A stretch of DNA of 55,318 nucleotides from an uncultured Candidatus Saccharibacteria bacterium. Lineage in GTDB: Bacteria; Patescibacteriota; Minisyncoccia; JBAYJV01. The stretch covers positions 1-55,318 of the forward strand of contig CAZNYQ010000008.1 of NCBI GenBank assembly GCA_964577395.1. The letters are read 5' to 3'. The notes under the pieces were generated by a model, which saw only the letters and a program-made list of their open reading frames with translations, did not search any database and was not told where the DNA came from. Below, one piece after another: positions 1 through 8,634 of the stretch. The position numbers and the translations under genes are program-made. Within the stretch, counting starts at the first letter, position 1. Every line of letters begins with the position of its first letter.

Positions 1-77
1 TAAAAAAAGCATTTTGATTTAAAAACTTTCTTTTTTTAGAGGGTTTTTTAATTAATTCAACATCTTTTGTTATAACC

Positions 78-105
78 TTGACATATATGTACTAAATGTT
101 ATTAT
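78..105 (+). promoter_or_regulatory. sigma70-type promoter for ORFs 124/580
   Basis: TTGACA (78-83), 16 nt, TGn-TATTAT (100-105); AAGGAGG SD just downstream. Confidence 0.55.
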
Positions 106-123
106 CCTAAAAAAGGAGGGAAG

Positions 124-558
124 GTGATTAATGAAATGAAAGATCGGGATATAGAAGAAGTTCTTAAAAAAGCAAGGGAGATAAAGAATTCAGAGAAAGA
201 AGATGCAATTATCTCTCTGGTAAAAAAGGCAATATCTAATACCTTGACTTATTATGGAAAAGGGAGCCCAACGCAGCCTAATTTAGATTTAGGAAGAGAA
301 GAGCATCGTAACATAATAATCAGTAGCACGGTTGAAGTATTCAAAAATATGTTCGCTGTTGATAGAAAAAATACAATAATAGTCATAAATAATCCTCAAT
401 ATCTTAAAGATGAACTGGAAAAAGAATTAGGTAGGGTATGCCGCGAGTTTTACTCAGGAGGGAGTCAAAGGTCTAATCTTTTGTCTCCTGTTTTAAAGAA
501 AGAACTTGCGGAAAGAGTAATAGATGTTTTTAAAAATAATAATTGTTCTACTGTATGA
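124..558 (+). CDS. hypothetical protein (helical, related to ORF 580-804)
   Basis: 144-aa ORF, GTG start after AAGGAGGG; no recognised family. Confidence 0.7.
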   Translation: MINEMKDRDIEEVLKKAREIKNSEKEDAIISLVKKAISNTLTYYGKGSPTQPNLDLGREEHRNIIISSTVEVFKNMFAVDRKNTIIVINNPQYLKDELEKELGRVCREFYSGGSQRSNLLSPVLKKELAERVIDVFKNNNCSTV

Positions 559-579
559 GTTTAAACAAAGGAGGGAAAG

Positions 580-804
580 ATGGAAAGAATAATTAGAGTT
601 CCTGAAGAACTTAGAGGTAAAATTCGAGAAAAAATAGATGAGGTACTTGATGAATTTTATGCAGATGGACATAATAGCTCTACCCTGAAATCAAAACCAT
701 TAAGGGAAGCTCTTCTAGAAGCGGTAATGAATGTTTCTAGAGACAATCCGTTTTTCATGAAATCTAGCGAAGAAATTATTAATACCAACTCATCTAATAA
801 TTGA
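580..804 (+). CDS. small hypothetical protein, paralogous to C-terminal half of ORF 124-558
   Basis: 74 aa, AAGGAGGG SD, followed by terminator; EFYxxG motif shared with upstream ORF. Confidence 0.7.
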   Translation: MERIIRVPEELRGKIREKIDEVLDEFYADGHNSSTLKSKPLREALLEAVMNVSRDNPFFMKSSEEIINTNSSNN

Positions 805-809
805 ACAAC

Positions 810-838
810 AATGCCCAGTAAGGTACTGGGCATTTTTA
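810..838 (+). terminator. intrinsic terminator
   Basis: AATGCCCAGTA-AGG-TACTGGGCATT followed by T-tract. Confidence 0.8.
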
Positions 839-879
839 TTTTATAATTTTTCTTGTGTGTTTTTGAAAAAACTATAAAA

Positions 880-2466
880 CTATTTTTTTACACTTTTTAC
901 CATATATGTCCCTTTAAGACGATAGCCAAGCTTTCTATAATATCCTCTTACTCCTATACCGGAAATAATAGTAATTTTATTAAGTTTAAATTCTTTTTGA
1001 GATATTTTTTCAGCTTCTTGAATTAATTTTTTACCTAATCCTTTATGTTGCGATGCTTTTTGACTGTGCTGCTGTAAGGGAACAATATCTCCATAAGTAT
1101 GCAATTCACGAATTAAAGCGCAATCATTAAGTTCTTCAATAAAGTGTTTTTGATGAGAAAAAACCTGTGAAGGAATTCTTAGTCTTAAAAGAGCATAGAG
1201 TCTTCTTCTATCTTTGCTTTCAAAGCTTAAAAATATTTCTTTACCTTCTGAAGCATCATAATTTCTTCTAATAAGATAGATTTTCTCTTGATAGTTTAAC
1301 TGGCGTATTTCGCGACATCGAATGCAACGACATTGAAGATGCCTCTTTTCCATTTCTCTTTGAGCTTCTTGTCTTAAATTAGAGACTTCCGAACCAGCTA
1401 TAATATCTTCTGAGGGAATATCTCTAATAAGACGAGTAATTCTTACGTAAGGAGGAATGATTTTTTTAATTTCAATAATTAAATTAAGTAATTTTTTAGT
1501 AGAATACGGCTTATATTTACCTTGTTTCCATAAATGATACAAAGGAGCACCTTTTAAAACAGAAGTAGGATAAATTTTAAGCCAGTCTGGTTGAAAGCGA
1601 CTGTCGGAAAAAAGAACTTTAAACATTTCTTTATCCTTTTTGACATTACTGCTTGGCAAATCAAGCATCATATGATAATTAATCTTTAAACCAGCATCCT
1701 TTAAAAGCTTAGTTGCAGCAATACTTGCTGCTACTCCATGACCTCGGCGATTAAACTTTAAAACATCGTCATATATCGATTGCACGCCTATCTCAAGACG
1801 AGTAACACCTAAATATCTTAATCTCTTAATTTCTCTCTTAGTAATATAGTCAGGTCTTGTTTCAATTGTAAGACCAACTATTCTATTAGTTGCTTTTTCA
1901 TTAGATTTTTGAAGTTTTTCAAGAGACTTCTTAATACTAGACTTATCTCCATTAGCAGCTTTAAAGCATTGTTTGATAAACCATGTTTGATATTGTTTAG
2001 GATAAAATGACCATGTTGCGCCTAAAATAATTAGCTCCACTTTATCTGTTTTATGACCTTGATTTTGTAAGCTTTGTAATCGTCTTTGAACTTGTTTATA
2101 TGGATCAAAATTTAATAAACTAGCGCGAGCTGCTGCTGGTTCATTGGGTAAATAACTCTTAGGCATATTAGCTGCTTGAGGACAATAGATACAATGACCA
2201 GGACAAGGATAAGGTTTCGTTAAGACAGTAACAGAAACAATACCAGATAAACTTCGAATAGGAGCTGCTCTTAAAAGTTGTTCAAAATATTTATCTAATT
2301 GAGAATTTCTGTAAGAATAATTCTTTCTATAATAATCTAAAATTTCAGAATCTTTAGGAAATCCTTTTTTAGAAAACTTAACCGCTGCCCGACGCTTCAA
2401 GTTTGCCAATTCTTCGGGAGTCTGCGGTTTCTTTTTAATAATTTGTTTGATAAGATAAGAAAACAC
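880..2466 (-). CDS. elp3: Elongator Elp3-family tRNA U34 carboxymethyltransferase (radical SAM + KAT)
   Basis: RSLSGI, CPGHCIYCP radical-SAM motif, TIETRPD, CRCIRCRE, RELHTYG, QHKGLG, ISGIGVRGYYRKLGY. Confidence 0.93.
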   Translation of the reverse strand: MFSYLIKQIIKKKPQTPEELANLKRRAAVKFSKKGFPKDSEILDYYRKNYSYRNSQLDKYFEQLLRAAPIRSLSGIVSVTVLTKPYPCPGHCIYCPQAANMPKSYLPNEPAAARASLLNFDPYKQVQRRLQSLQNQGHKTDKVELIILGATWSFYPKQYQTWFIKQCFKAANGDKSSIKKSLEKLQKSNEKATNRIVGLTIETRPDYITKREIKRLRYLGVTRLEIGVQSIYDDVLKFNRRGHGVAASIAATKLLKDAGLKINYHMMLDLPSSNVKKDKEMFKVLFSDSRFQPDWLKIYPTSVLKGAPLYHLWKQGKYKPYSTKKLLNLIIEIKKIIPPYVRITRLIRDIPSEDIIAGSEVSNLRQEAQREMEKRHLQCRCIRCREIRQLNYQEKIYLIRRNYDASEGKEIFLSFESKDRRRLYALLRLRIPSQVFSHQKHFIEELNDCALIRELHTYGDIVPLQQHSQKASQHKGLGKKLIQEAEKISQKEFKLNKITIISGIGVRGYYRKLGYRLKGTYMVKSVKK

Positions 2467-2492
2467 GAGGATATTGATAAATATATTAATTT

Positions 2493-3182
2493 ATGAAACA
2501 AAAAATTGCTCAACAAATTTTAAAACAAAATATTCAAATTTGGAATAAAATTGCTCAAGAATTTAACGTAACGCGCCAATATATATGGTCTGAGCTCAAA
2601 GGCTTAAAAAAATATGCTAAGCCAGGCATGAAAGTTTTGGATGTTGGCTGCGGTAATGGAAGATTATTAAAACTTTTAAAAGAAAAGAAAATTGAATATT
2701 TTGGCATTGATAATTCAAAAGAATTAATCAAAAAAGCACAAAAAAACTATGGTAAGGATAAATTCAAAGTTGCTGATGCTTTAGAAATCCCCTATGGTGA
2801 TAATTCTTTTGATTTAGTTTACACAATTGCAGTTTTACATATTATTCCTTCTCAAACATTAAGACTAAAATTTCTTAAAGAAATTGAAAGAATATTGAAA
2901 AAAAATGGTACATTAATCTTAACTGTTTGGCATCTTTATCAAAGAAAATATTTCTTTTTGATTGTCAAATACAGTTTAAGAAAGATTTTCTTAAAAAGCA
3001 AGCTTGATTTCAAAGATATCTATATTCCTTGGCAAAATAAGGAATTAAGGTATTACCATGCTTTTACAAAAAAAGAATTAATAAAATTATTTAAAAAAGC
3101 TGGTTTTAAAATTAAAACAGCTTGTTATTTAAAAAGAAATGCTAAAAAAGTAAATATTTTAATAGTTGCTAAAAAAAATTAA
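2493..3182 (+). CDS. class I SAM-dependent methyltransferase, Trm9/ALKBH8-like
   Basis: VLDVGCGNG SAM motif; IAxxFxxTRxxxW, IAVLH, DxxxPW and RYYH motifs typical of Trm9. Confidence 0.8.
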   Translation: MKQKIAQQILKQNIQIWNKIAQEFNVTRQYIWSELKGLKKYAKPGMKVLDVGCGNGRLLKLLKEKKIEYFGIDNSKELIKKAQKNYGKDKFKVADALEIPYGDNSFDLVYTIAVLHIIPSQTLRLKFLKEIERILKKNGTLILTVWHLYQRKYFFLIVKYSLRKIFLKSKLDFKDIYIPWQNKELRYYHAFTKKELIKLFKKAGFKIKTACYLKRNAKKVNILIVAKKN

Positions 3183-3216
3183 TATTGAAATAAAATAATT
3201 CTTATCATTTTAAATA

Positions 3217-3576
3217 ATGCAATTCAAAATTCCCAAAAATGATAAAAGAACAATTTGGACAAAGCATGCTATAGAAAAAATGAAATATTATGGCTTATCA
3301 GCTAATAGAGTTAAAAGAGCTTTGTGGAATCCTAGTAGAACAGAAGAGGGAATTGCTCCTCAAACTATTGCCATAATGCAAAAATATGGTTCTTTAAAAC
3401 ACCCTAAGGAAATTTGGGTAATGTATCAAAGTATTCATCAAAAAAATACAGTAAAAAAGAAAATTATTAGTGCTTGGAGATATCCAGGTATTAGTCCTCA
3501 AGGAAAAGAAATATATATTCCTAATGATACTCAAAAAATCTTAGAAGAAATAAAAAAGGTCAAAGATCACTTGTAA
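3217..3576 (+). CDS. hypothetical protein, DUF4258-like (possible RelE/BrnT-type fold)
   Basis: WTKHAIEKM N-terminus and KIISAWRYPG C-terminal strand. Confidence 0.55.
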   Translation: MQFKIPKNDKRTIWTKHAIEKMKYYGLSANRVKRALWNPSRTEEGIAPQTIAIMQKYGSLKHPKEIWVMYQSIHQKNTVKKKIISAWRYPGISPQGKEIYIPNDTQKILEEIKKVKDHL

Positions 3577-3922
3577 ATCCTTGACCTTTATCGAGATGAG
3601 GCTTTTTGCGAATTTTTTTCTTTTGAGATTTTTTGCGCTTAGTTTCTAATCTTTGCTCATTGGCCCAATTAGGAGAATGAGTTGGTATACGTTTCGGATC
3701 ACGATGATAAAATCTTTCCAAAGCTTTCTGCATTCTTTTTTTAGCGTTTTCTAGATTACGAAAACGCTCCCGTTGTTCAACAGCAGTTACAACAAGACCC
3801 GTAGGATTGTGGGTAAGTCGAATACCGGTCTCTCGGCGATTTTTATGTTGTCCGCCGGGTCCTGAAGCACGAATATTCTCAATAGTACAATCTTCCCATT
3901 TAAATAAGTTTTTATTTTTCAT
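3560..3922 (-). CDS. ArfB/YaeJ-like peptidyl-tRNA hydrolase (GGQ release-factor domain)
   Basis: RASGPGGQHKN, RLTHNPTG, basic C-terminal tail; GGAGGT SD. Confidence 0.85.
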   Translation of the reverse strand: MKNKNLFKWEDCTIENIRASGPGGQHKNRRETGIRLTHNPTGLVVTAVEQRERFRNLENAKKRMQKALERFYHRDPKRIPTHSPNWANEQRLETKRKKSQKKKIRKKPHLDKGQGFTSDL

Positions 3923-4000
3923 AGTTACCTCCTATAAATACAATAACATTTTATTTAAAAAATAGCAAATTAGTTTTTATTATTTATCTAATCATTCCAT

Positions 4001-4031
4001 AAAAAAAGCTTCTTGCCATAAGCAAGAAGCT
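4001..4031 (-). terminator. intrinsic terminator of acyl-CoA ligase gene
   Basis: AGCTTCTTGC/GCAAGAAGCT inverted repeat with T7 tract on minus strand. Confidence 0.75.
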
Positions 4032-4038
4032 ATACTAA

Positions 4039-5613
4039 TTAGATAAGTTTTCCTCTGCGAGGATCCTTTTTGGTTGTTTCTTCAAAAGGCTTTTTACGCA
4101 ATGTAATAAAGCTCTTTTTAGTAATACGCTTAAAAGGATCTAAAGAAATTTGATAGTTGCGAATACTTTCCCAGATTATATCGAGAGACTGCTTCTTGTT
4201 TTTATCTTTTAGCTGTTCCCAGTCCGGATAAATTTCCGCTTTAATAACCTCTCCTTTGCCGACTTCTCCTTGCCCTCCATAAACAACAATCTGTTTAATG
4301 TAAGGAGAGCGACTTAAGACGGGTTCAACTTCTTCCGGATAGACATTTTTACCAGCTTCGGTAACGATAACGTTTTTCTTTCTTCCTTTAATAAAGAGCC
4401 TGTTATCCTTAATAAATCCTAAATCACCTGTATTAAACCAACCTTCTTCATCAATACTTTGGCTAGTAAGTTGAGGATCTTCATAATATCCCTTCATGAT
4501 ATGAGGCCCCCGAGTGCAAATTTCTCCTATATTATACTTCGGATCACGATTCGCAATTTTAATTTCAACACTTTCTATAGGCTTACCTATACAATCTCCC
4601 TGATAACAACCCGGTCTTGTTAAGCTAATGACTGGCGATGTTTCAGTCAAACCATAACCGTCAATCATCTCAAGACCCATTCTTTTAAAACCTTCGCCTA
4701 CTTCCCGATGAAGTTTTCCTCCCCCAGAGACAAAGAAACGAAAATTAGGACTCTTTGTTAAAAGTTTTTCAAGTAATTTTTTCCCAACAACAGAAGGAAG
4801 AAATCTATATGCCAACTTATTCTTAAGAGAACCTAAAACTTGACCATAAAAGATTTTATGGTATAGCTTAGGCGGAGAAAGGATGATGGTTAGTTCTTCG
4901 CGAGGCAAGATTTCACGCAACTTTAACAAGCTAGGTGTAGTAAGGGTAGTTGCGCCGCAACGCAAAGGCAAAAGGAATGTGCAGGTAAAGCCAGTAATGT
5001 GATACCAGGGTGCGATAGTAAAGATCCTATCTTTCTCATTGATATCAATTGCATCTAAGATACCCATAACATCAAAAGTTAAATTGCTATGCGTTAGCAT
5101 AACGCCTCTTCCTTGACCAGTTGTTCCAGAAGTAAAAGGAACAATCGCCAAATCTTCTAAGGGATTAATATCGGCTTCCTCTTCATAAGTTTCTTCCTGT
5201 TTTAAATTTAACTGAGACCAATCTTCCATAGGAATTGTTTTAAGGCCAATTTGCTGCCATTTTTCTTGTTGCTTTTCGTCAACAACAGCAAGAGAAGCTT
5301 GGCTACTTTTAAATATATTGCCTGTCTCTATGACATTAAGATCAATGTCTAAGGGAAGTACTACTATTCCTAATCTAAAACAAGCTAAAGCATAAGCTGC
5401 CCAACCAACCGAAGGTTTACCTGATAAAATCACCTGGTGACCTTTTTGAAGTCCTTGTTTTTGCAATTTTCTTGCTAATACCTTAGACAAACGCCACAAA
5501 TCATTAAATGTGATGATTTGCTTTTCTTCAGAAAAGAAGATAAAAGCATCTTTCTTACCATACCGATCAATATTTTCCTGCAACATCTGAGTAATCGTAG
5601 GATATTGAGACAT
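4039..5613 (-). CDS. AMP-dependent long-chain fatty-acid--CoA ligase (FadD-like)
   Basis: FTSGTTG...GVMLTHSN, GYGLTETSP, GWFNTGDLG, GRKKNVIV..GKNVYPEE. Confidence 0.88.
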   Translation of the reverse strand: MSQYPTITQMLQENIDRYGKKDAFIFFSEEKQIITFNDLWRLSKVLARKLQKQGLQKGHQVILSGKPSVGWAAYALACFRLGIVVLPLDIDLNVIETGNIFKSSQASLAVVDEKQQEKWQQIGLKTIPMEDWSQLNLKQEETYEEEADINPLEDLAIVPFTSGTTGQGRGVMLTHSNLTFDVMGILDAIDINEKDRIFTIAPWYHITGFTCTFLLPLRCGATTLTTPSLLKLREILPREELTIILSPPKLYHKIFYGQVLGSLKNKLAYRFLPSVVGKKLLEKLLTKSPNFRFFVSGGGKLHREVGEGFKRMGLEMIDGYGLTETSPVISLTRPGCYQGDCIGKPIESVEIKIANRDPKYNIGEICTRGPHIMKGYYEDPQLTSQSIDEEGWFNTGDLGFIKDNRLFIKGRKKNVIVTEAGKNVYPEEVEPVLSRSPYIKQIVVYGGQGEVGKGEVIKAEIYPDWEQLKDKNKKQSLDIIWESIRNYQISLDPFKRITKKSFITLRKKPFEETTKKDPRRGKLI

Positions 5614-5741
5614 TGTTTCCCTCCTTATGCTAATATATTATATAAAAAGAACTTTTTTAATATTTTCTCTTAGAAAAAAATAAAAGTCAAATATGTTATT
5701 AAGATTAGACATTTTTAAAATGAGTGTTAAATTTAAAATAT

Positions 5742-6908
5742 ATGTCAAACTTTAAATTTAAAATTCTTAAAAAATCACCTCGTACAAAAGCTCGCCGGGG
5801 AATTATTAAAACACCTCATGGTTTAATTGAAACACCTGCTTTTATTCCTGTAGGAACGCAAGCAGCTCTAAAAGGGCTGACGCCAGATGAAGCTAAAACC
5901 TTGGGTATTCAGATAATTTTTGCTAACACCTATCATCTTTTTTTAAGACCAGGCGAGAAGCTTATTCAAAAAATAGGCGGTTTACATAAATTTATGCATT
6001 GGGATCGTCCTTTGATTACAGATTCTGGTGGTTTTCAAGTTTTTTCTCTAGGAAAAGGATTAGAAGAAGGAGTAGGTAAGATTGCCTCTATCTTTCCTCA
6101 AGAGAAATCAGGCAAAATATCAAATGTTAAACAAAGAGTAAAAAATATACATAAAAGTCGTATTAAAATCACAGAAAAAGGCGTAGAATTTCAATCTCAT
6201 ATTAACGGAGATAAAATCTTCCTCACCCCAGAAAAATCAATCCAAATTCAAAGAGCTCTAGGGGCTGATTTAATTTTAGCTTTTGATGAATGCACTTCGC
6301 CCTTAGATAGCTACAGTTACACTAAAAAAGCACTTGCAAAAACACACTTATGGGAGAAAAGATCATGGCAAGAATTTCAAAAAGGAGAACCATCACAACA
6401 AGCTCTCTATGGAATTATTCAAGGAGGAGCATATAAAGATTTAAGAGAATTATCTGCTCAAACTATTGGCAAGATGGATTTCTTTGGTATAGCTATTGGC
6501 GGTTCGTTAGGGAAAACTAAAAAAAACATGCATCAAATTTTAGATTGGACAATTCCTTTGCTCCCAGAAGAGAAACCAAGACATCTCTTAGGTATTGGAG
6601 GAATTGAAGATATTAAAAAAAGCGTCAAGCAAGGTATTGATACTTTTGATTGCGCCGCTCCTACAAGAGAAGCCAGAAACGGTAGTCTGTTAACAAAAAA
6701 AGGGCGTCTTAACATTTTAAAAAGCTCTTTTAAAAATGACCCCGCTCCAATTGAAAAAGGATGTCAATGTTATACTTGTCAAAATTATTCTCGAGCCTAT
6801 TTAAGACATTTATTTCAGGCAAGAGAAATGTTAGCTCCTCGATTAGCAACAATTCATAATCTACATTTTATGACAAATTTAATGAAAGAAATTAGAGAAA
6901 GTATTTAA
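5742..6908 (+). CDS. tgt: queuine tRNA-ribosyltransferase (likely start ATG 5742; ORF track starts 5724)
   Basis: TPAFIPVGT, NTYHL, TDSGGFQVFSL, GIIQGG, CQCYTC, HNLHF. Confidence 0.95.
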   Translation: MSNFKFKILKKSPRTKARRGIIKTPHGLIETPAFIPVGTQAALKGLTPDEAKTLGIQIIFANTYHLFLRPGEKLIQKIGGLHKFMHWDRPLITDSGGFQVFSLGKGLEEGVGKIASIFPQEKSGKISNVKQRVKNIHKSRIKITEKGVEFQSHINGDKIFLTPEKSIQIQRALGADLILAFDECTSPLDSYSYTKKALAKTHLWEKRSWQEFQKGEPSQQALYGIIQGGAYKDLRELSAQTIGKMDFFGIAIGGSLGKTKKNMHQILDWTIPLLPEEKPRHLLGIGGIEDIKKSVKQGIDTFDCAAPTREARNGSLLTKKGRLNILKSSFKNDPAPIEKGCQCYTCQNYSRAYLRHLFQAREMLAPRLATIHNLHFMTNLMKEIRESI

Positions 6909-6950
6909 TTAAATATTTTAATATTTTTTCATTTTAATCAAATTTAAAAT

Positions 6951-6983
6951 AAAAAAAGAGAGCGGGACTTATTCCCGCTCTTT
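6951..6983. terminator. terminator between convergent tgt and coiled-coil gene
   Basis: A-tract, AGAGCGGGA-CTTAT-TCCCGCTCT, T-tract. Confidence 0.75.
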
Positions 6984-7000
6984 CTAGCTTCAATTTCTAT

Positions 7001-7651
7001 CTAATCTCCTTTTATCTTTTTAACTAATACCTCCCTTTCTTTTACTTGGCCATCTGTTATGGCAGAAATAACATTCTCTAGAAATTCATTTTTCTCTATA
7101 ATGTTCGTAATTTTAGATAAAGTTTCTGCCAATTCTCTCTTAAGACTTGCAATTTGATTATAAAAAATCTCTTTTTCTTTCTCTATGCGCACTACCTTAC
7201 TTTCTAATGAAGCTTTCTCTTCCTCTGCGCAATTTAATTTATCTCTCAACGAATTATTTTCTTTTTTTGCTTTCTCTAAATCACCATATGATTCATGTGC
7301 ATCTTTATAGAGAGCATCAAAATCCAGCCAAACATTAAGAGCAAGCCTTGCAAGCGTTGCAAGACGAACATCGTCATTACCTCTGACACCCTCCCTCCTT
7401 ATTTCACGTGCTGTTTCAATAATCTTTGCGCCAAACTCTTTAAGGCAAAGCTTTTCTTCTTGTTGATCTACTTGATCTGTTATATCGTCAAGTATAGATT
7501 CAAAGCTTTTACAACTTTCTAAAACATCTCGAAAAAGATTGATCTCTTTTAAAAATGTTGCTTTACTTATATCGAGTCCTCTTGCTTTCTCTTCCATCCA
7601 TTTTTGGTCAAAATCTTTGACCTTAAGATTACTAAGCCTTTTTTTACTCAT
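7001..7651 (-). CDS. coiled-coil hypothetical protein (likely start ATG 7651)
   Basis: heptad-rich charged sequence; GGAGGT SD before MSKKR. Confidence 0.7.
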   Translation of the reverse strand: MSKKRLSNLKVKDFDQKWMEEKARGLDISKATFLKEINLFRDVLESCKSFESILDDITDQVDQQEEKLCLKEFGAKIIETAREIRREGVRGNDDVRLATLARLALNVWLDFDALYKDAHESYGDLEKAKKENNSLRDKLNCAEEEKASLESKVVRIEKEKEIFYNQIASLKRELAETLSKITNIIEKNEFLENVISAITDGQVKEREVLVKKIKGD

Positions 7652-7687
7652 TTCTACCTCCAGAAGAATAGATTTGAAACTGTTCAC

Positions 7688-7716
7688 ATCTTATAATATA
7701 AAACTATTTTTGTCAA
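7688..7716 (-). promoter_or_regulatory. sigma70-type promoter
   Basis: TTGACA-17 nt-TAAGAT on minus strand. Confidence 0.55.
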
Positions 7717-7877
7717 TAATACATAAGTTTATTAAAGAGAGTTTATTAAATTCTTTTTTTAAAAAATATAAATATCTCCAGTTGTTTTTTTTAAATTTTT
7801 TAGTAAGATTAAATTAAAATATAAGTCTAAGGCTTAATTTTTTATGTTCTTTCGATTGAAAATTATAAGGAGGAATA

Positions 7878-8522
7878 ATGATAGAAAACACTATCTTAAG
7901 GCAGGATCCGCCTAGATTAAAAGTTATAACTGGTTGTATGTTCTCAGGTAAAACTGAAGAGTTAACAAGATTATTAGATCGCTATTATTGGGGTAATGTT
8001 GGCGTTAAACTCTTAAGACCAGATATGGATACACGAGGCAATAAAACCCATGCTGGAAAAATTGTTCAGGGAACTTTTGTTCCTCGAGACGTAAATATGG
8101 AAATTCTTAGACATATTATTGGTATAAAAGAGTTTCGAGAAATTCAAGTTATTGGTATTGATGAAGGTAATTTCTTTGAGAATTCCTTAATTGATTTAAC
8201 TCAAAGACTTATTGATGAAGAAAGTAAAATTGTTATTGTAGCTGGTTTAGACAAAAATTTCGCTAACAAAGGCTACGAACCAATGCCTCAGCTTATTCAT
8301 AATGCTGATGAAGTAATTTATCTAAATGCTGTATGTAGTGTTTGCGGCAGCAATTATGCAAGCCACACTCAAAGATTAACAAATGGCAAACCGGCAACTT
8401 TAGATAGTCCACAAGATATTGTGGGAGGGAAAAAGGGAGAAAAATCTTCTCAAAAAGGAGTTACTTACGAAGCGCGATGCCGATATTGCTATGTACTTCC
8501 TCAAGAAACAAAGAGACGTTAA
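7878..8522 (+). CDS. tdk: thymidine kinase
   Basis: GCMFSGKTEEL P-loop, IDEGNF, AGLDKNF, CSVC...YEARCRYC. Confidence 0.93.
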   Translation: MIENTILRQDPPRLKVITGCMFSGKTEELTRLLDRYYWGNVGVKLLRPDMDTRGNKTHAGKIVQGTFVPRDVNMEILRHIIGIKEFREIQVIGIDEGNFFENSLIDLTQRLIDEESKIVIVAGLDKNFANKGYEPMPQLIHNADEVIYLNAVCSVCGSNYASHTQRLTNGKPATLDSPQDIVGGKKGEKSSQKGVTYEARCRYCYVLPQETKRR

Positions 8523-8539
8523 AAACGTCTCTTTTTTTT
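8510..8539 (+). terminator. intrinsic terminator overlapping tdk stop
   Basis: AAAGAGACGTT-AAA-AACGTCTCTTT plus T-tract. Confidence 0.75.
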
Positions 8540-8634
8540 ATCTCTCGAACTGTTGAAAACTTTTTTCCTAAAAAAGCATTTCTTTGTTATAATATATATG
8601 CGGAGGTTTTATTCGTTATGTTTTTTATATTTAA

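Noticed and set aside
6533-7817. Short ORFs 6533-6715, 7147-7338, 7295-7522, 7539-7817
   Set aside because: Antisense shadows of tgt or the coiled-coil gene, no motifs
7845-7853. boxA-like TGTTCTTT in tdk leader (similar TGCTCTTT near 24385)
   Set aside because: Short, expected by chance in AT-rich DNA, and no long operon to antiterminate
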